Assembly: GCA_035479295.1 (NCBI GenBank)
Contig: DATIIV010000012.1
Location: 65,010 to 129,009 of the forward strand
Direction: 5' to 3'
Source of the DNA: Candidatus Saccharimonadia bacterium
Lineage (GTDB): Bacteria; Patescibacteriota; Saccharimonadia; UBA4664
Length of the DNA: 64,000 nt
Shown here one piece after another: positions 9,919 through 19,316 of the stretch (position 1 is the first letter of the stretch; each line of letters begins with the position of its first letter). Position numbers and translations under genes: made by a program. Under the pieces are notes generated by a model. The model was not told the DNA's origin. It worked only from the letters and a program-made list of their open reading frames with translations, and did no database searches.

Positions 9919-10872
9919 ATGAATCACGCACTTACCTCAAGAGACACAGTTGCGTCGGCTATTATTGACGTCAGTCTTCGCTCGGCTAGGGCCAAAAGCA
10001 TCTATATATTTGAGCTAGGCAATCTAAATGATCTGATGCCAAAACTCGAAGCCGAGAAGATCCGCCAAGAATTTGTGCGCCACAATACACCGATAAAACA
10101 GATAACTAATCTCCGCAGATTTACGGCGTGGACCGAAAATGCCGAGCTGACGCAGCAAAACTTGGCGGTAAAGTATGTGCCGGCGGAGAATTTTGCCATT
10201 ACGAGCGAGGTTCTAATATTTGATAATACGGTAGCGGTTTATCGCTTAGAGCCGGAGCCCTTCTACTTTGAACAGGATGACAAATCTTATGCTGACATGC
10301 TGCGCAGCTTGTTTATGAACCTCTGGCAAGTCGGTGATTCGCTTTTGCTGTCAGCTGATGGCAGTACACTAACCAAGCAATACTCACCGATCTCGTACCA
10401 GTTTAAAGAATTGCCCGTCATTCTTTACCCCGCCAAAGATGACGGACAGCTTGAAAAAGCCTTTTCTCGTAGTAAAAAAGGTGGTTTAGAAAAGTATGTA
10501 AACTCTATCTTGGAAAAAGATTACACCTACTATAAGGACGCCGACGTCATCTTGGCGTACGTCTGGAATCAGGAGAGCGTCCCGTATTGCGACATCTGGA
10601 AGATCAGTCGTAATACCATCAGTGACGACTCAGGGCTGCTCTATGATGTTAGAATCTATGCCGATCATGAGGTTACGCAGGACATGGGCGTGGCGAGCGG
10701 AAACTCCTCAATCGTGCTAACTGCCGAGGAGATGCTTCTGCGAGAATTGGTTATAAAAGATGGATTATCTTTCGTTGCGGCGGCTAACAGGGAGCTGTAT
10801 CCGGCGCGATTTCCGATTGGCTATGTGCCGGATGAGAGTTTTTACCGCGTCACGACAACTCCAGCCCAATGA
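9919..10872 (+). CDS. Hypothetical protein encoded in a low-GC patch (start uncertain, 9889 or 9919)
   Basis: Codon composition is markedly more AT-rich than its neighbours. No family I recognise. Confidence 0.45.
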   Translation: MNHALTSRDTVASAIIDVSLRSARAKSIYIFELGNLNDLMPKLEAEKIRQEFVRHNTPIKQITNLRRFTAWTENAELTQQNLAVKYVPAENFAITSEVLIFDNTVAVYRLEPEPFYFEQDDKSYADMLRSLFMNLWQVGDSLLLSADGSTLTKQYSPISYQFKELPVILYPAKDDGQLEKAFSRSKKGGLEKYVNSILEKDYTYYKDADVILAYVWNQESVPYCDIWKISRNTISDDSGLLYDVRIYADHEVTQDMGVASGNSSIVLTAEEMLLRELVIKDGLSFVAAANRELYPARFPIGYVPDESFYRVTTTPAQ

Positions 10873-11123
10873 ACCAAGCACACCGAGACCGAGGAGATTT
10901 TGGCCGTCTATATTCCGTTGTGCGTTACTCCTGAGCATCGCGGCCTGCGCCTACAGGTACGGCCGCTCGATATGTTTATGGAGGAGGTTGAGGTTGATGG
11001 CCAGAAGCGGCCACGATTTCGGTACATTGGGCCGGGGCTGTAGCGCTTCGTTTATGGTTGTAGACTAGGCCTGTTTGTGGTATACAGGAGGGACTCTGTT
11101 CCGCATCTCGAGTGAGGAGAACC

Positions 11124-11348
11124 ATGGCACTTAGCAAGGGCGACCGTCTGACGACGGCACAGGCGCTGACTGGGAGCTTCGGCAACACTCTGGTTTCGGC
11201 GGGCGCGGAAGGCACTATCATCAACGTCTACGAAGCCCACTCCAATGACCCGCGCTACGTGGTCCAGTTTGACGCTGGACCGCTCATCAATGTCTACCAC
11301 CACGAGATCGTGTCGTCCGACACCTCCGACGACAAGGTGGCGGGATGA
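11124..11348 (+). CDS. Small hypothetical protein (74 aa)
   Basis: GAGGAG RBS 6 nt before ATG at 11124. A perfect hairpin terminator follows downstream. Confidence 0.5.
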   Translation: MALSKGDRLTTAQALTGSFGNTLVSAGAEGTIINVYEAHSNDPRYVVQFDAGPLINVYHHEIVSSDTSDDKVAG

Positions 11349-11385
11349 TTGTTGGGCTGCGGTTGCAGTCGGTCTTTCGCATTCT

Positions 11386-11424
11386 GCTCCCGGACCAGGG
11401 TTATACCTGGTCCGGGAGTCTTTG
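11386..11424 (+). terminator. Rho-independent terminator
   Basis: Perfect 13-bp stem CTCCCGGACCAGG / CCTGGTCCGGGAG with loop GTTATAC, then TCTTTG. Confidence 0.6.
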
Positions 11425-11478
11425 CGCTAGGGCCGGTAAGGTGCATGATAAAGCCCCAAAGGACTGCCGCGCTGGATC

Positions 11479-11961
11479 TTGCCCCCGGTAAATCATGTTA
11501 TACTTGCCAGCGTGTCAAATTCACCTCAATCTCAGGCGCAAGAATTGGCTGACTTGCGCAATCAGTACCTGGCCAGCATGACCACGGACGACAAGCTGGC
11601 GATTATCCGCAGGAAGCGAGCTACGATTTGGCGCATCCTGCTGATAGCGGCCGTCTTTATGGTGGCGGGCGTGTTGTTCCAGGTGTTCTACGATAGTGTG
11701 CTGGCGGCCCAGCTGCCGGATACGAAGTGGGCGCACCTGGGCGGAGCCGTGGCGTTTGGTGCCACCATTTTCCTGTGGGGCTGTCTGCCGGGCTTGATTC
11801 GGCCCGATTGGTTGGTGCGCGAAGCGGCCACCAAGGCGGTGATCGCCAAACGGCATGACCTGAAAGCGGTGCATGAGGGTCGACAGAAGCGCCTGGGCTG
11901 CCTCGTCGGCTTCCCAGTTCTATTGGTCTACGCGGTGATCATCATCCATTTCTTCTTCTAG
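11479..11961 (+). CDS. Hypothetical membrane protein (true start probably internal GTG or ATG)
   Basis: The ORF tool's start is a TTG. TM helices IWRILLIAAVFMVAGVLFQVF and AVAFGATIFLWGCLPGLI. Confidence 0.4.
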   Translation: MPPVNHVILASVSNSPQSQAQELADLRNQYLASMTTDDKLAIIRRKRATIWRILLIAAVFMVAGVLFQVFYDSVLAAQLPDTKWAHLGGAVAFGATIFLWGCLPGLIRPDWLVREAATKAVIAKRHDLKAVHEGRQKRLGCLVGFPVLLVYAVIIIHFFF

Positions 11962-11997
11962 CGAGAGGAACACAATAACGTAAGGCCGCCCGGCAGA

Positions 11998-13263
11998 TTG
12001 TCGGGCGGCCTCTTTGCGCCGGCTACGTCTGCCGTTACACTACCCACAGTGGGCAGCCTCTTTACTCTTTTTCATAGCCTAATTTTGTCGCTACATATAG
12101 CGGCTTTTCCGGTATCGCCGTTTGTTTTTTCGACCCCGCAGGTGCCCTCGACGGCCGAGAATCCCCAGCCGCTGCGGGTGGTGACGCGCGTGATCGAGCC
12201 GTTTGTGATCGATGAGGGCAACGGTAAATATAGCGGCTACAGCATGGAGCTGCTCGACCTCATCCACCAGGAGCTCAAAGAGCCGAGCCTGCCGGCGGGG
12301 CAAGATTATGCCCTGTCGCCTCAGCAAAAAGCCGTTATTAATCTGCCCTTTGCTATCGAATCCCAGCCGGCCGCTAACGCCGAGGCGCTTGTTAAAACCG
12401 TTCAGGACAACGGCGCCGATCTCGGCATCGCCAGCATCTCCATCACGCAGGATCGCGAGGCTCGGGTCGACTTTAGCCTGCCCATGTACAGCTCGGGTTT
12501 GCAGGTGATGCAAACCACCGACAAGGCGCCCGGCCCAAACATCATGACGGCGCTCGGACATATCTTGAGCCGCCCCAAAACGCCGGCGGTTCTGTGGCTA
12601 GGATTCATCGGCATGGCGACGCTAGCCACTCTTATTTACCTGTTTGAGCAGCGTCACAGCAAGAGCTTTCTGTTTGGTGAGCCGCCGCTGGTGGGCATTG
12701 GCAACGCTTTTTGGTGGGGGCTAACCGTGTTGGTGGGCCAAGAAGAAGCGCACCCGCGGTCGAGTGTGAGTCGGCTGGCGGCTACCTTAATTATGGCTAC
12801 CGGTGTAATTGTTGTAGCGCTCTTTACGGCCTCGGTGGCCTCGGACTTAACGTTGCAGCAGCTGGACGATCCCGAGCGCGGCATCGATAGTCTAAACGGC
12901 CATGTAGTGGTGACGCTCGACGGCACAACCTCCGAATCCTACCTGGACCAGAAGCGGGTTGAGCTCAAGATTAAAGCCATCAAAACAGTTGGCACCTTGG
13001 ATGACGCCTACGCTATGCTCAAGAACGGCCAGGCCGACTCGCTGGTGTACGACGCACCTGTGTTGCAGTATTATGCTAGCCACCAGGGCCGTGGCAAGTT
13101 TACGACGGTGGGGCGGCCGTTTCACTCGGAGTATTACGGCATTGTCCTGCCTCAGGGCAGCCCCTGGCGCGAGCCGATTAGTCGAGCATTGCTGACGTTG
13201 TCCGAGGACGGCACGCTCGACCACTTGGCGCAAACGTACTTGGGCGATGCTAGCAACAATTAG
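11998..13263 (+). CDS. GluR0-like ligand-gated ion channel (bilobed periplasmic binding domain split by an M1-P-M2 pore module)
   Basis: Architecture is S1 lobe, TM helix (AVLWLGFIGMATLATLIYLF), re-entrant pore-like segment (GNAFWWGLTVLVGQ), TM helix (LAATLIMATGVIVVALFTASVA), then S2 lobe (DSLVYDAPVLQYYAS). There is no TVGYG K+ filter. Start uncertain. Confidence 0.55.
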   Translation: MSGGLFAPATSAVTLPTVGSLFTLFHSLILSLHIAAFPVSPFVFSTPQVPSTAENPQPLRVVTRVIEPFVIDEGNGKYSGYSMELLDLIHQELKEPSLPAGQDYALSPQQKAVINLPFAIESQPAANAEALVKTVQDNGADLGIASISITQDREARVDFSLPMYSSGLQVMQTTDKAPGPNIMTALGHILSRPKTPAVLWLGFIGMATLATLIYLFEQRHSKSFLFGEPPLVGIGNAFWWGLTVLVGQEEAHPRSSVSRLAATLIMATGVIVVALFTASVASDLTLQQLDDPERGIDSLNGHVVVTLDGTTSESYLDQKRVELKIKAIKTVGTLDDAYAMLKNGQADSLVYDAPVLQYYASHQGRGKFTTVGRPFHSEYYGIVLPQGSPWREPISRALLTLSEDGTLDHLAQTYLGDASNN

Positions 13264-13286
13264 CCATAAGGAGTCTAGTCATAGCC

Positions 13287-13631
13287 ATGTCAGTGATCGA
13301 TGATTATCTACAGCAGGTGGAGCCGCCTCAACGCGCCGAGCTTGAGCGCGTGCGCCGCATCATCCAGCAGGTCGCGCCCGAGGCCGTCGAGACCATTAGC
13401 TATGCCATGCCGGCGTTTAAATATCGGGGCAAATATCTGGCGGCGTTTGCGGCCTTTAAGGACCACTTGAGTCTGTTCCCAACGGCCGAGCCGGTGGCGG
13501 CGCTGCAGACTAGGCTGGGCGACTTTGCGACCTCCAAGGGTACGATTCAATTTACGATCGATAAACCGCTGCCTGAGCCCCTGATTCGCGACCTCATGGC
13601 CCACCGCCTTCGCGCCATCGAGCAGGAGTAG
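13287..13631 (+). CDS. DUF1801 (YdhG-like) domain protein
   Basis: AAGGAG RBS. Sequence pattern ...YAMPAFKYRGKYLAAFAAFKDHLSLFP... is typical of DUF1801. Confidence 0.55.
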   Translation: MSVIDDYLQQVEPPQRAELERVRRIIQQVAPEAVETISYAMPAFKYRGKYLAAFAAFKDHLSLFPTAEPVAALQTRLGDFATSKGTIQFTIDKPLPEPLIRDLMAHRLRAIEQE

Positions 13632-13638
13632 CTGAGGT

Positions 13639-14163
13639 ATGATGAGCGCTGATCGACCCAGTCATACCCTCACCGACGACCACGGCCGCCGTATTACTAT
13701 TACCTGGATTCCGACCGATCGGCTGGAGCAGTATCGGCCGTACTTTCAGGTTTACGGCATCGTCTTTAACGCGGCCGGGCAGATCCTGCTCATCCAGGAG
13801 CACGGCGACTGGAAGATTCCTGGCGGCACGCCCGAGCCCGGCGAGACGGCCGAGCAGACGCTCTGCCGCGAGCTGCTCGAGGAGGCCGATGTGACGATTA
13901 AGCAGTGGGTGCCGGTGGGCGTGCAGCAGGTGCATTATCCGCACAATCCGCAGACGCACCAGGGCGAATTATTTTATCAGTATCGCTACGCCTGCCTGCT
14001 CGATGAGCAGTTACCCTCCACGCCCGACCCCGACGACGACGTGACGCATCCGCGGCGCTGGGTGCCGGCGGCCGAGGTGACTCGCTACGTGCAATGGGGC
14101 GAGACGGGTGCGGCACTATTCGCGGCAGCAATCGAGGTCTATCGGGCGCGATTGCAGGGTTAG
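13639..14163 (+). CDS. NUDIX hydrolase
   Basis: Nudix box GGTPEPGETAEQTLCRELLEEADV. Confidence 0.75.
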   Translation: MMSADRPSHTLTDDHGRRITITWIPTDRLEQYRPYFQVYGIVFNAAGQILLIQEHGDWKIPGGTPEPGETAEQTLCRELLEEADVTIKQWVPVGVQQVHYPHNPQTHQGELFYQYRYACLLDEQLPSTPDPDDDVTHPRRWVPAAEVTRYVQWGETGAALFAAAIEVYRARLQG

Positions 14164-14229
14164 CCGTCTCTTTGCTGTGGTGCCGGCGGTGGTACACTGG
14201 GGGTAATTGAGGAGTGGACGACATTAATT

Positions 14230-14637
14230 ATGGATACAGCCAAAAACCCTAAATCGCTCAAGCAACAGGCTCTCGGCCTCATCGTTGGTCTGGCTGCACA
14301 ATACCTGCTGGGCATGGCGGCTGCCATGTTTGCGCCCTTTCCCGAGGGCCAGACCGGCGATAGCCTGTGGCCGTTTGCCTGGCAGCAGCCGATTATCGCG
14401 CTGCACATCGTGTTGGGCTTGGCGCTGCTGGCGGGTGCGGTCTATCTGGTGCTGCAGGCGCGTCGCCAGCGCGTGTGGTTGGTGCCGGCTGGCACGGGTT
14501 TGGTGGCCATTGTGGTGGCTATTATGGCTGGCTCAAGCTTTATTTCCAGCCAATCCGAGGCTTATTCGTACGTGATGGCCGTTGGCTTTTTGGCCGCTAT
14601 CTTGGCCTACGCTTGGGGCCTGTATCGGGCTAAATAG
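14230..14637 (+). CDS. Hypothetical 4-TM membrane protein
   Basis: Four hydrophobic helices. No family recognised. Confidence 0.4.
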   Translation: MDTAKNPKSLKQQALGLIVGLAAQYLLGMAAAMFAPFPEGQTGDSLWPFAWQQPIIALHIVLGLALLAGAVYLVLQARRQRVWLVPAGTGLVAIVVAIMAGSSFISSQSEAYSYVMAVGFLAAILAYAWGLYRAK

Positions 14638-14707
14638 GCGACGCCCTGCAACCTTCTGTTTAGTCCGGCATTATACGAGTATAAGGTTGGCCTAACTCGA
14701 TGGTGGC

Positions 14708-15331
14708 ATGCTAAACGAACAAGAACTGATAGCCCGCGCCCAGGCCGATCCGCCGGCCTTTGGCGAACTATACGATCAGACCTATCCCAAGATCTCCAAC
14801 TACATTCTGCGCCGGGTGGGCGAGGTAGCGGTGGCTCAGGACCTGACGGCTGAGGTTTACATTAAGGCCATGCGCGGACTGCCGCGATACCAGTGGCGTG
14901 GGCTGCCGTTTACGGCTTGGCTCTATCGCATTGCGGCCAACGAGATTGCCGGCTACTTTCGGCGACAGCATCATGGCCTATTGTCGCTGGAGGCGTTGTA
15001 CGAGGAGCACCAGTTTGAGCCGGCCGCCGAGCTTGATCTGGAGCGCGAGCTGATCGAGAGGCAGCAGCAGGCCGAGCGCTACGCCGATTTCCGGCTGGTG
15101 CGCGATCTGCTGCAGCGGCTGCCGGCCAAGTACCAGGAAGTGCTGGCATTGCGCTACTTTGAACAGCAGCCGCTGGCCGATATCGTCATTATTACCGGCA
15201 AGAATCTTAATACCGTCAAGTCACTACTGATGCGTGGCCTGCAGCGCCTACGAACAGAGTATAATACCGCCAAAACTGCTACCCAGACGCAACCTCTGGC
15301 CCCGTCCCGCGTTATAGAGGCAGAGGAATAA
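14708..15331 (+). CDS. ECF-type sigma-70 family RNA polymerase sigma factor
   Basis: Region 2 (LTAEVYIKAMRGLPRY..FTAWLYRIAANEIAGYFRR) and region 4 (LPAKYQEVLALRYFEQQPLADI). Confidence 0.8.
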   Translation: MLNEQELIARAQADPPAFGELYDQTYPKISNYILRRVGEVAVAQDLTAEVYIKAMRGLPRYQWRGLPFTAWLYRIAANEIAGYFRRQHHGLLSLEALYEEHQFEPAAELDLERELIERQQQAERYADFRLVRDLLQRLPAKYQEVLALRYFEQQPLADIVIITGKNLNTVKSLLMRGLQRLRTEYNTAKTATQTQPLAPSRVIEAEE

Positions 15332-15336
15332 ATCGT

Positions 15337-15981
15337 ATGAAGAAGATATTATCCAACCCAGAGCTTACCCGGCTAACGGTGCCGACGGCGGCCATGAAGC
15401 ATCACCAAATGCATCTGAAGTATGTGCTCCTTTCCTCTGCTCAACACCAATCGACCAAACCAAACATCATTAAAACAGGATGGAACACGATCATGACCAA
15501 GAAACCACTCGTAATAGGTGGCCTCACGTTCGCTGTGGCGGCGCTAGCTCTAACGGCCGCTACCTTTATTAACCCGACTAGCTCGACGGCCTCGGCCCAG
15601 GGCGAGGCGCGCGCTAGCGTGCAGGCGCTGACTAGGCTGTCGCCAGACGACCAAGCCAAGGTAAAACAGCAGACTAGCGGCGGCATTCAGGCTGAGCTGC
15701 AAGCGGCCGAGCGGGCCCACGATGTGCAGACGTTTACGTATGACCAACTTCTGGCCCGGGATGGCGACGCCTCTGGCTTGACTCACCGTGCGGTGCCGGC
15801 TGGCTATCCCGCGCCCGATCTGCGTAGCCTTAAGTACCTGCGCTTTACCCGAACCGACGGTGGCGTGGTTACTATTGGCCTAGACGCTCAGAGCCTCCCG
15901 GTCTTTGAGTCGCTGAACGATCCAAATGCCGGTAGCGCTGATAGCGCTGTTGGCCCGAATGGTCAGGCGCCTCAGCCCTAG
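15337..15981 (+). CDS. Putative anti-sigma factor / membrane-anchored protein co-transcribed with the ECF sigma
   Basis: Starts 6 nt after the sigma gene. Single TM helix (LVIGGLTFAVAALALTAATFI) followed by an extracytoplasmic domain. Confidence 0.4.
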   Translation: MKKILSNPELTRLTVPTAAMKHHQMHLKYVLLSSAQHQSTKPNIIKTGWNTIMTKKPLVIGGLTFAVAALALTAATFINPTSSTASAQGEARASVQALTRLSPDDQAKVKQQTSGGIQAELQAAERAHDVQTFTYDQLLARDGDASGLTHRAVPAGYPAPDLRSLKYLRFTRTDGGVVTIGLDAQSLPVFESLNDPNAGSADSAVGPNGQAPQP

Positions 15982-16000
15982 CCAGCCACCAGCTTCGTAT

Positions 16001-16028
16001 AAAAGACCGGCCTCGGGCCGGTCTTTTG
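16001..16028 (+). terminator. Rho-independent terminator of sigma/anti-sigma operon
   Basis: Stem GACCGGCC / GGCCGGTC with loop TCG, flanked by AAAA and TTTTG. Confidence 0.6.
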
Positions 16029-16119
16029 CTGGGGGCGAAGGAGAGCAGAATTATTGACTTATGTCGCTCAAAGTGTTAATGTATGTAGCGCACCCGAACA
16101 AGAGAGATTGGAGCCGACC

Positions 16120-16680
16120 ATGTCAGGCAATGAGGCACTGCAGCTCTCGCCCGCAACCAGACAGCAGTGTGTCGACTGGTTGCGCGAGGTAGTCGAAGAG
16201 GCCATTCTGGCCTATCGTGCGACCCAGAACGTTTCCCCGAGTCTCAACCTCTATGCCCGCTGCCGGCAGACGGCGCATGACCGGGCGCATTACTACGGCC
16301 GGATCGCGCTGCTCCACCAGTTGGCCTACGGCAATCCAGCCGAAGACCTGGCCCAGCCGCTGAACCTGCGGCTGGACGGCAGGGCGCCCCGCGAAGGGGC
16401 GCCGGACCTCCAGCAGCTCGAGGTCATCGTCCGGCACTGGGGCGAGATGCCTCAGGTGACCGATGGGCAGTGGCCGTTATTCCAGCGGGCTGTGTTGGCC
16501 GCGGAGGCCAAGAAGCCTGAGGAGGTCGAAGAGCTGGTGTGCCAGGTGGCCGACGGCTCCAGCTCCGACAAGATCGCCCGCCGGGTGGCCTGCGTCTGGA
16601 GCTACACCCAGAACCTCCTGCCGTACTGGCGGGTCTGGACCAACAAGTACGGCGTGGACGCTCCGCTGCCGCGCATCTAG
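16120..16680 (+). CDS. Hypothetical protein
   Basis: ATG at 16120 follows GGAG. It overlaps an alternative frame (16539-17492), so only one of the two is likely real in this stretch. Confidence 0.3.
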   Translation: MSGNEALQLSPATRQQCVDWLREVVEEAILAYRATQNVSPSLNLYARCRQTAHDRAHYYGRIALLHQLAYGNPAEDLAQPLNLRLDGRAPREGAPDLQQLEVIVRHWGEMPQVTDGQWPLFQRAVLAAEAKKPEEVEELVCQVADGSSSDKIARRVACVWSYTQNLLPYWRVWTNKYGVDAPLPRI

Positions 16681-16853
16681 CACCGGCCGCTGCCGGACCA
16701 TCTCCAACAATCTCTACACCGGCGTGCATCGAGGCGTTCCCGTTCGCGGGATCGCCTCTTTGCTTTGGCCGCCATTTACAATGTCGGCAAAAGGCCGTAG
16801 AGTATTCATCGCGTCACGCCAAGGAGGCGGGCGTCAACCAACCGTGTCGAACG

Positions 16854-17492
16854 ATGGGAGGGGTCGTGACCGGCCTCATGGTATTACTGATCATTGTGAA
16901 CGGCGCTATCAGCACCTTCAACGCCTGGTATGTCGGCAACGTCTGGCCTGAGCGCCAGGAGATGCCGTGGCCGTTGCGCTGGGTGGTTTATGCCAGCGTC
17001 ACCATGTCGGCCTGCGGCTTTACCTGGTGCTACCTGATGGCAGTAGGGCTGGCGACCGAAGCGCTCCGAAGCAATCAGCTGCCGGTACTGCACTATGTCA
17101 ACGACATTCCGCCGTCGGCCATCAATGCCCTGATGTCGTTGGGCTATCTGGCCATCATCCTGCCGGTGATCGGCTCGGGCCTAGTGATCACGGCACACGC
17201 CTGGTCGGTAGCCTGGCGCCGCCGTAGCTTTAGCAACGTGGCCGTAGCCGGCTGGGACAGCTTCGCCCAGATCTACAATGTGATCGAGGCGGTGGAGTTC
17301 ATTCCTGAGGCGCTCAGTTCGGTCGTCAACTTCTTTCGCAGCGACGACGAGGAAGACTGGGGCTACTGGGTGCTCGTAGCTCTGCTGGTCCTACTCATCG
17401 GGGGCGTCCTGACCACCTCGCTGATCGTCCGGCTCTCGGCGCGTGGCCACGTCAGGCGGGTCCAGGCGCGTTATCAGTCTCGATTTGCCTAA
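16854..17492 (+). CDS. Hypothetical multi-TM membrane protein (start uncertain: 16854 or 16878)
   Basis: Several TM helices (VTGLMVLLIIVNGAISTF; YLAIILPVIGSGLVI; WVLVALLVLLIGGVLTTSLIV). Terminator hairpin downstream. Confidence 0.4.
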   Translation: MGGVVTGLMVLLIIVNGAISTFNAWYVGNVWPERQEMPWPLRWVVYASVTMSACGFTWCYLMAVGLATEALRSNQLPVLHYVNDIPPSAINALMSLGYLAIILPVIGSGLVITAHAWSVAWRRRSFSNVAVAGWDSFAQIYNVIEAVEFIPEALSSVVNFFRSDDEEDWGYWVLVALLVLLIGGVLTTSLIVRLSARGHVRRVQARYQSRFA

Positions 17493-17526
17493 GCGTTACG
17501 CCTGCTCGGCCGCAGTTGAACCAATG

Positions 17527-17568
17527 ATCCCGGTCGCCCCTTTGCTAAGTGGGGTGACCGGGATTTTA
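17527..17568 (+). terminator. Rho-independent terminator
   Basis: ATCCCGGTC-GCCCC ... GGGG-T-GACCGGGAT hairpin (9+4 bp) followed by TTTT. Confidence 0.6.
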
Positions 17569-17664
17569 GCGTTGCGGAGGGATAGCATCGCGACTTGATT
17601 TATACGCAATTATATAGTATGATATGGCGCGGACGTTTTACGCCCCCAACTTGACAGAGAGAGG

Positions 17665-18273
17665 ATGAGCCCGATGTCCAAACGGCTCAAACTACGCCGA
17701 CGCAAGCCCAGCTCCACGCCGAGGTCCGCGTCTCGCCACCCGTTCGTACTCCGGCCCTACAAACCCACCAAGACCAAGGAACAGATCGGGGCTGAGGCCA
17801 AGGAGATAGCGGATAATAATCCCGGTCGTACCGAGCTGGCCTCGCAAGGCCTGAAGCAGCGGATGGAAGACCGGGGTCGTAGCTTTAACGCGACGCAGTT
17901 CGTCATGGGTCTGACGGCCGCGGCCGAAGTGGCGCTGTTCACGGTGTTACTTACGCTGGGTCTGACGCTCAAGCTCCAGCTGCTGGCCGCCTCGTCGATG
18001 CCGGCTCTGGTGGGGTTTATCGCCATCATGGTCGGTCTTGCGTTCAAGTGGAAGGAGATCAGCCCCAACCCCGAGCACTGCGGCAGTGAGCTGCTCAACG
18101 CCATGGGGAAGGAGGACCAGCTCGCCTGGGTCGTAGAGCAGTCTCGCCGTAGCGAGGCTCAGCGCACTGGGCTGCTCGTGATGCGCCGCTGGTTCATGCT
18201 CTCGCTCGGCTGGATCATGATCTCAGCCATCATGGCCGTTGTGGCCATCTGTCGGATCATCGCGACGATGTAG
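17665..18273 (+). CDS. Hypothetical membrane protein with basic N-terminus
   Basis: Lys/Arg-rich N-terminus, two central TM helices, and a C-terminal TM helix. Confidence 0.4.
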   Translation: MSPMSKRLKLRRRKPSSTPRSASRHPFVLRPYKPTKTKEQIGAEAKEIADNNPGRTELASQGLKQRMEDRGRSFNATQFVMGLTAAAEVALFTVLLTLGLTLKLQLLAASSMPALVGFIAIMVGLAFKWKEISPNPEHCGSELLNAMGKEDQLAWVVEQSRRSEAQRTGLLVMRRWFMLSLGWIMISAIMAVVAICRIIATM

Positions 18274-18510
18274 ATCGCGCCAAAACGCCCCTGGGGGCCG
18301 CTCTCGCAGCACTGACGCGGGAGCGGCCTGACCGCTGCAATTATTTGACCTTGGCTAAAATTAGGCAAAACCGCCGAAAGCGTGTATAATAGCCTCAATC
18401 TAGAAACAAGCCTTGTCTTGTCGATTTCGCTGAGCCACCTCACCCGTTCGTGGCACATCTCAATCTTATTCCGGAGCATATTAAAGGAAGCTTCGGGTAA
18501 GGAGATATTT

Positions 18511-18813
18511 GTGGCAGTAAAATTATTTGTAGGCTCACTGAGCTTTAGCATCGACGACGACCAGCTCAAGGAGCTGTTTGTTCCCTTTGGTACGGTGGTG
18601 AGCGCGACCATTATCATGGACCGCGACACCAACCGTTCCAAGGGTTTTGGCTTTGTCGAGATGAGCACCGACGACGAGGCTCAGGCGGCTATTAAGTCGC
18701 TGAACGGCCAGACCGTGGGCGGCCGCGCCATCGCGGTTAACATCGCCAAGCCCAAGAAGGACTTTGGCGACCGCGGCGACCGTCCGGCCTATGGTCGCGA
18801 CCGCCGCTATTAG
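18511..18813 (+). CDS. RRM-type RNA-binding protein with Arg/Gly/Asp-rich tail
   Basis: AAGGAG then a 6-nt spacer and GTG at 18511. RNP2 KLFVGSL and RNP1 KGFGFVEM. Tail DRGDRPAYGRDRRY. Confidence 0.8.
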   Translation: MAVKLFVGSLSFSIDDDQLKELFVPFGTVVSATIIMDRDTNRSKGFGFVEMSTDDEAQAAIKSLNGQTVGGRAIAVNIAKPKKDFGDRGDRPAYGRDRRY

Positions 18814-18835
18814 TAGCCAGGCCGTTGAGCAACTA

Positions 18836-19147
18836 ATGCAGTTCTTTCTCCCTCACGCCGGCAGCGAGCCCGAGGTGGCCTACCAGCGCATCGTGGCGAT
18901 ACTCAAGAGCCAGTTTCGGCTGCCGATCATGGAACGCCGCATCTTTAGCCTGCGCTATACCAATAGCAAGCGGCGTTGGCGAGCCGAGGTGGGAGAGCTG
19001 GAGCAGCAAGAAGGATTGTACGAGATTTTGGCGATTTTTGAGTCCAAATCGTACATTATTTACACTCGCACCCGCGGTGGCAACGCCGGACCCATCATTA
19101 TGGTGGCCAAGGACGAGGTGACCGCGGTGGAGGAGTTTACCGACTAG
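18836..19147 (+). CDS. Hypothetical protein
   Basis: ATG at 18836. No family recognised. The longer ORF-tool start would overlap the RRM gene. Confidence 0.35.
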   Translation: MQFFLPHAGSEPEVAYQRIVAILKSQFRLPIMERRIFSLRYTNSKRRWRAEVGELEQQEGLYEILAIFESKSYIIYTRTRGGNAGPIIMVAKDEVTAVEEFTD

Positions 19148-19316
19148 CTTGCAAGGCTGATTGTGTGCAGAAAATGCCGTCGAAGAGACGGCATTTTCTG
19201 TGTGTAATCTGTTGAGCTTGGTGTGGCGGGCCGTCATGATGGGCGATGTGAGGGGCAGCCGAGAACGAGGCGGCTTCTCATGCTCCCTAACTGTCCGACC
19301 GGCCGAAAGGCGAGGC

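Noticed and set aside
10760-11068. ORFs 10760-11068 (+), 10976-11224 (-) and 11052-11303 (-) in the gap after the low-GC gene.
   Set aside because: They overlap one another, have no RBS, and are Arg/Ser/Pro-rich. They are likely non-coding. The only supported gene there is 11124-11348.
16054-17492. Two overlapping plus-strand ORFs (16054-16680 and 16539-17492) in different frames.
   Set aside because: Both cannot be fully coding. I kept 16120-16680 and the membrane-protein portion from 16854. The N-terminal 100 aa of the second ORF is Arg/Pro-rich and unstructured, so it is probably not translated.
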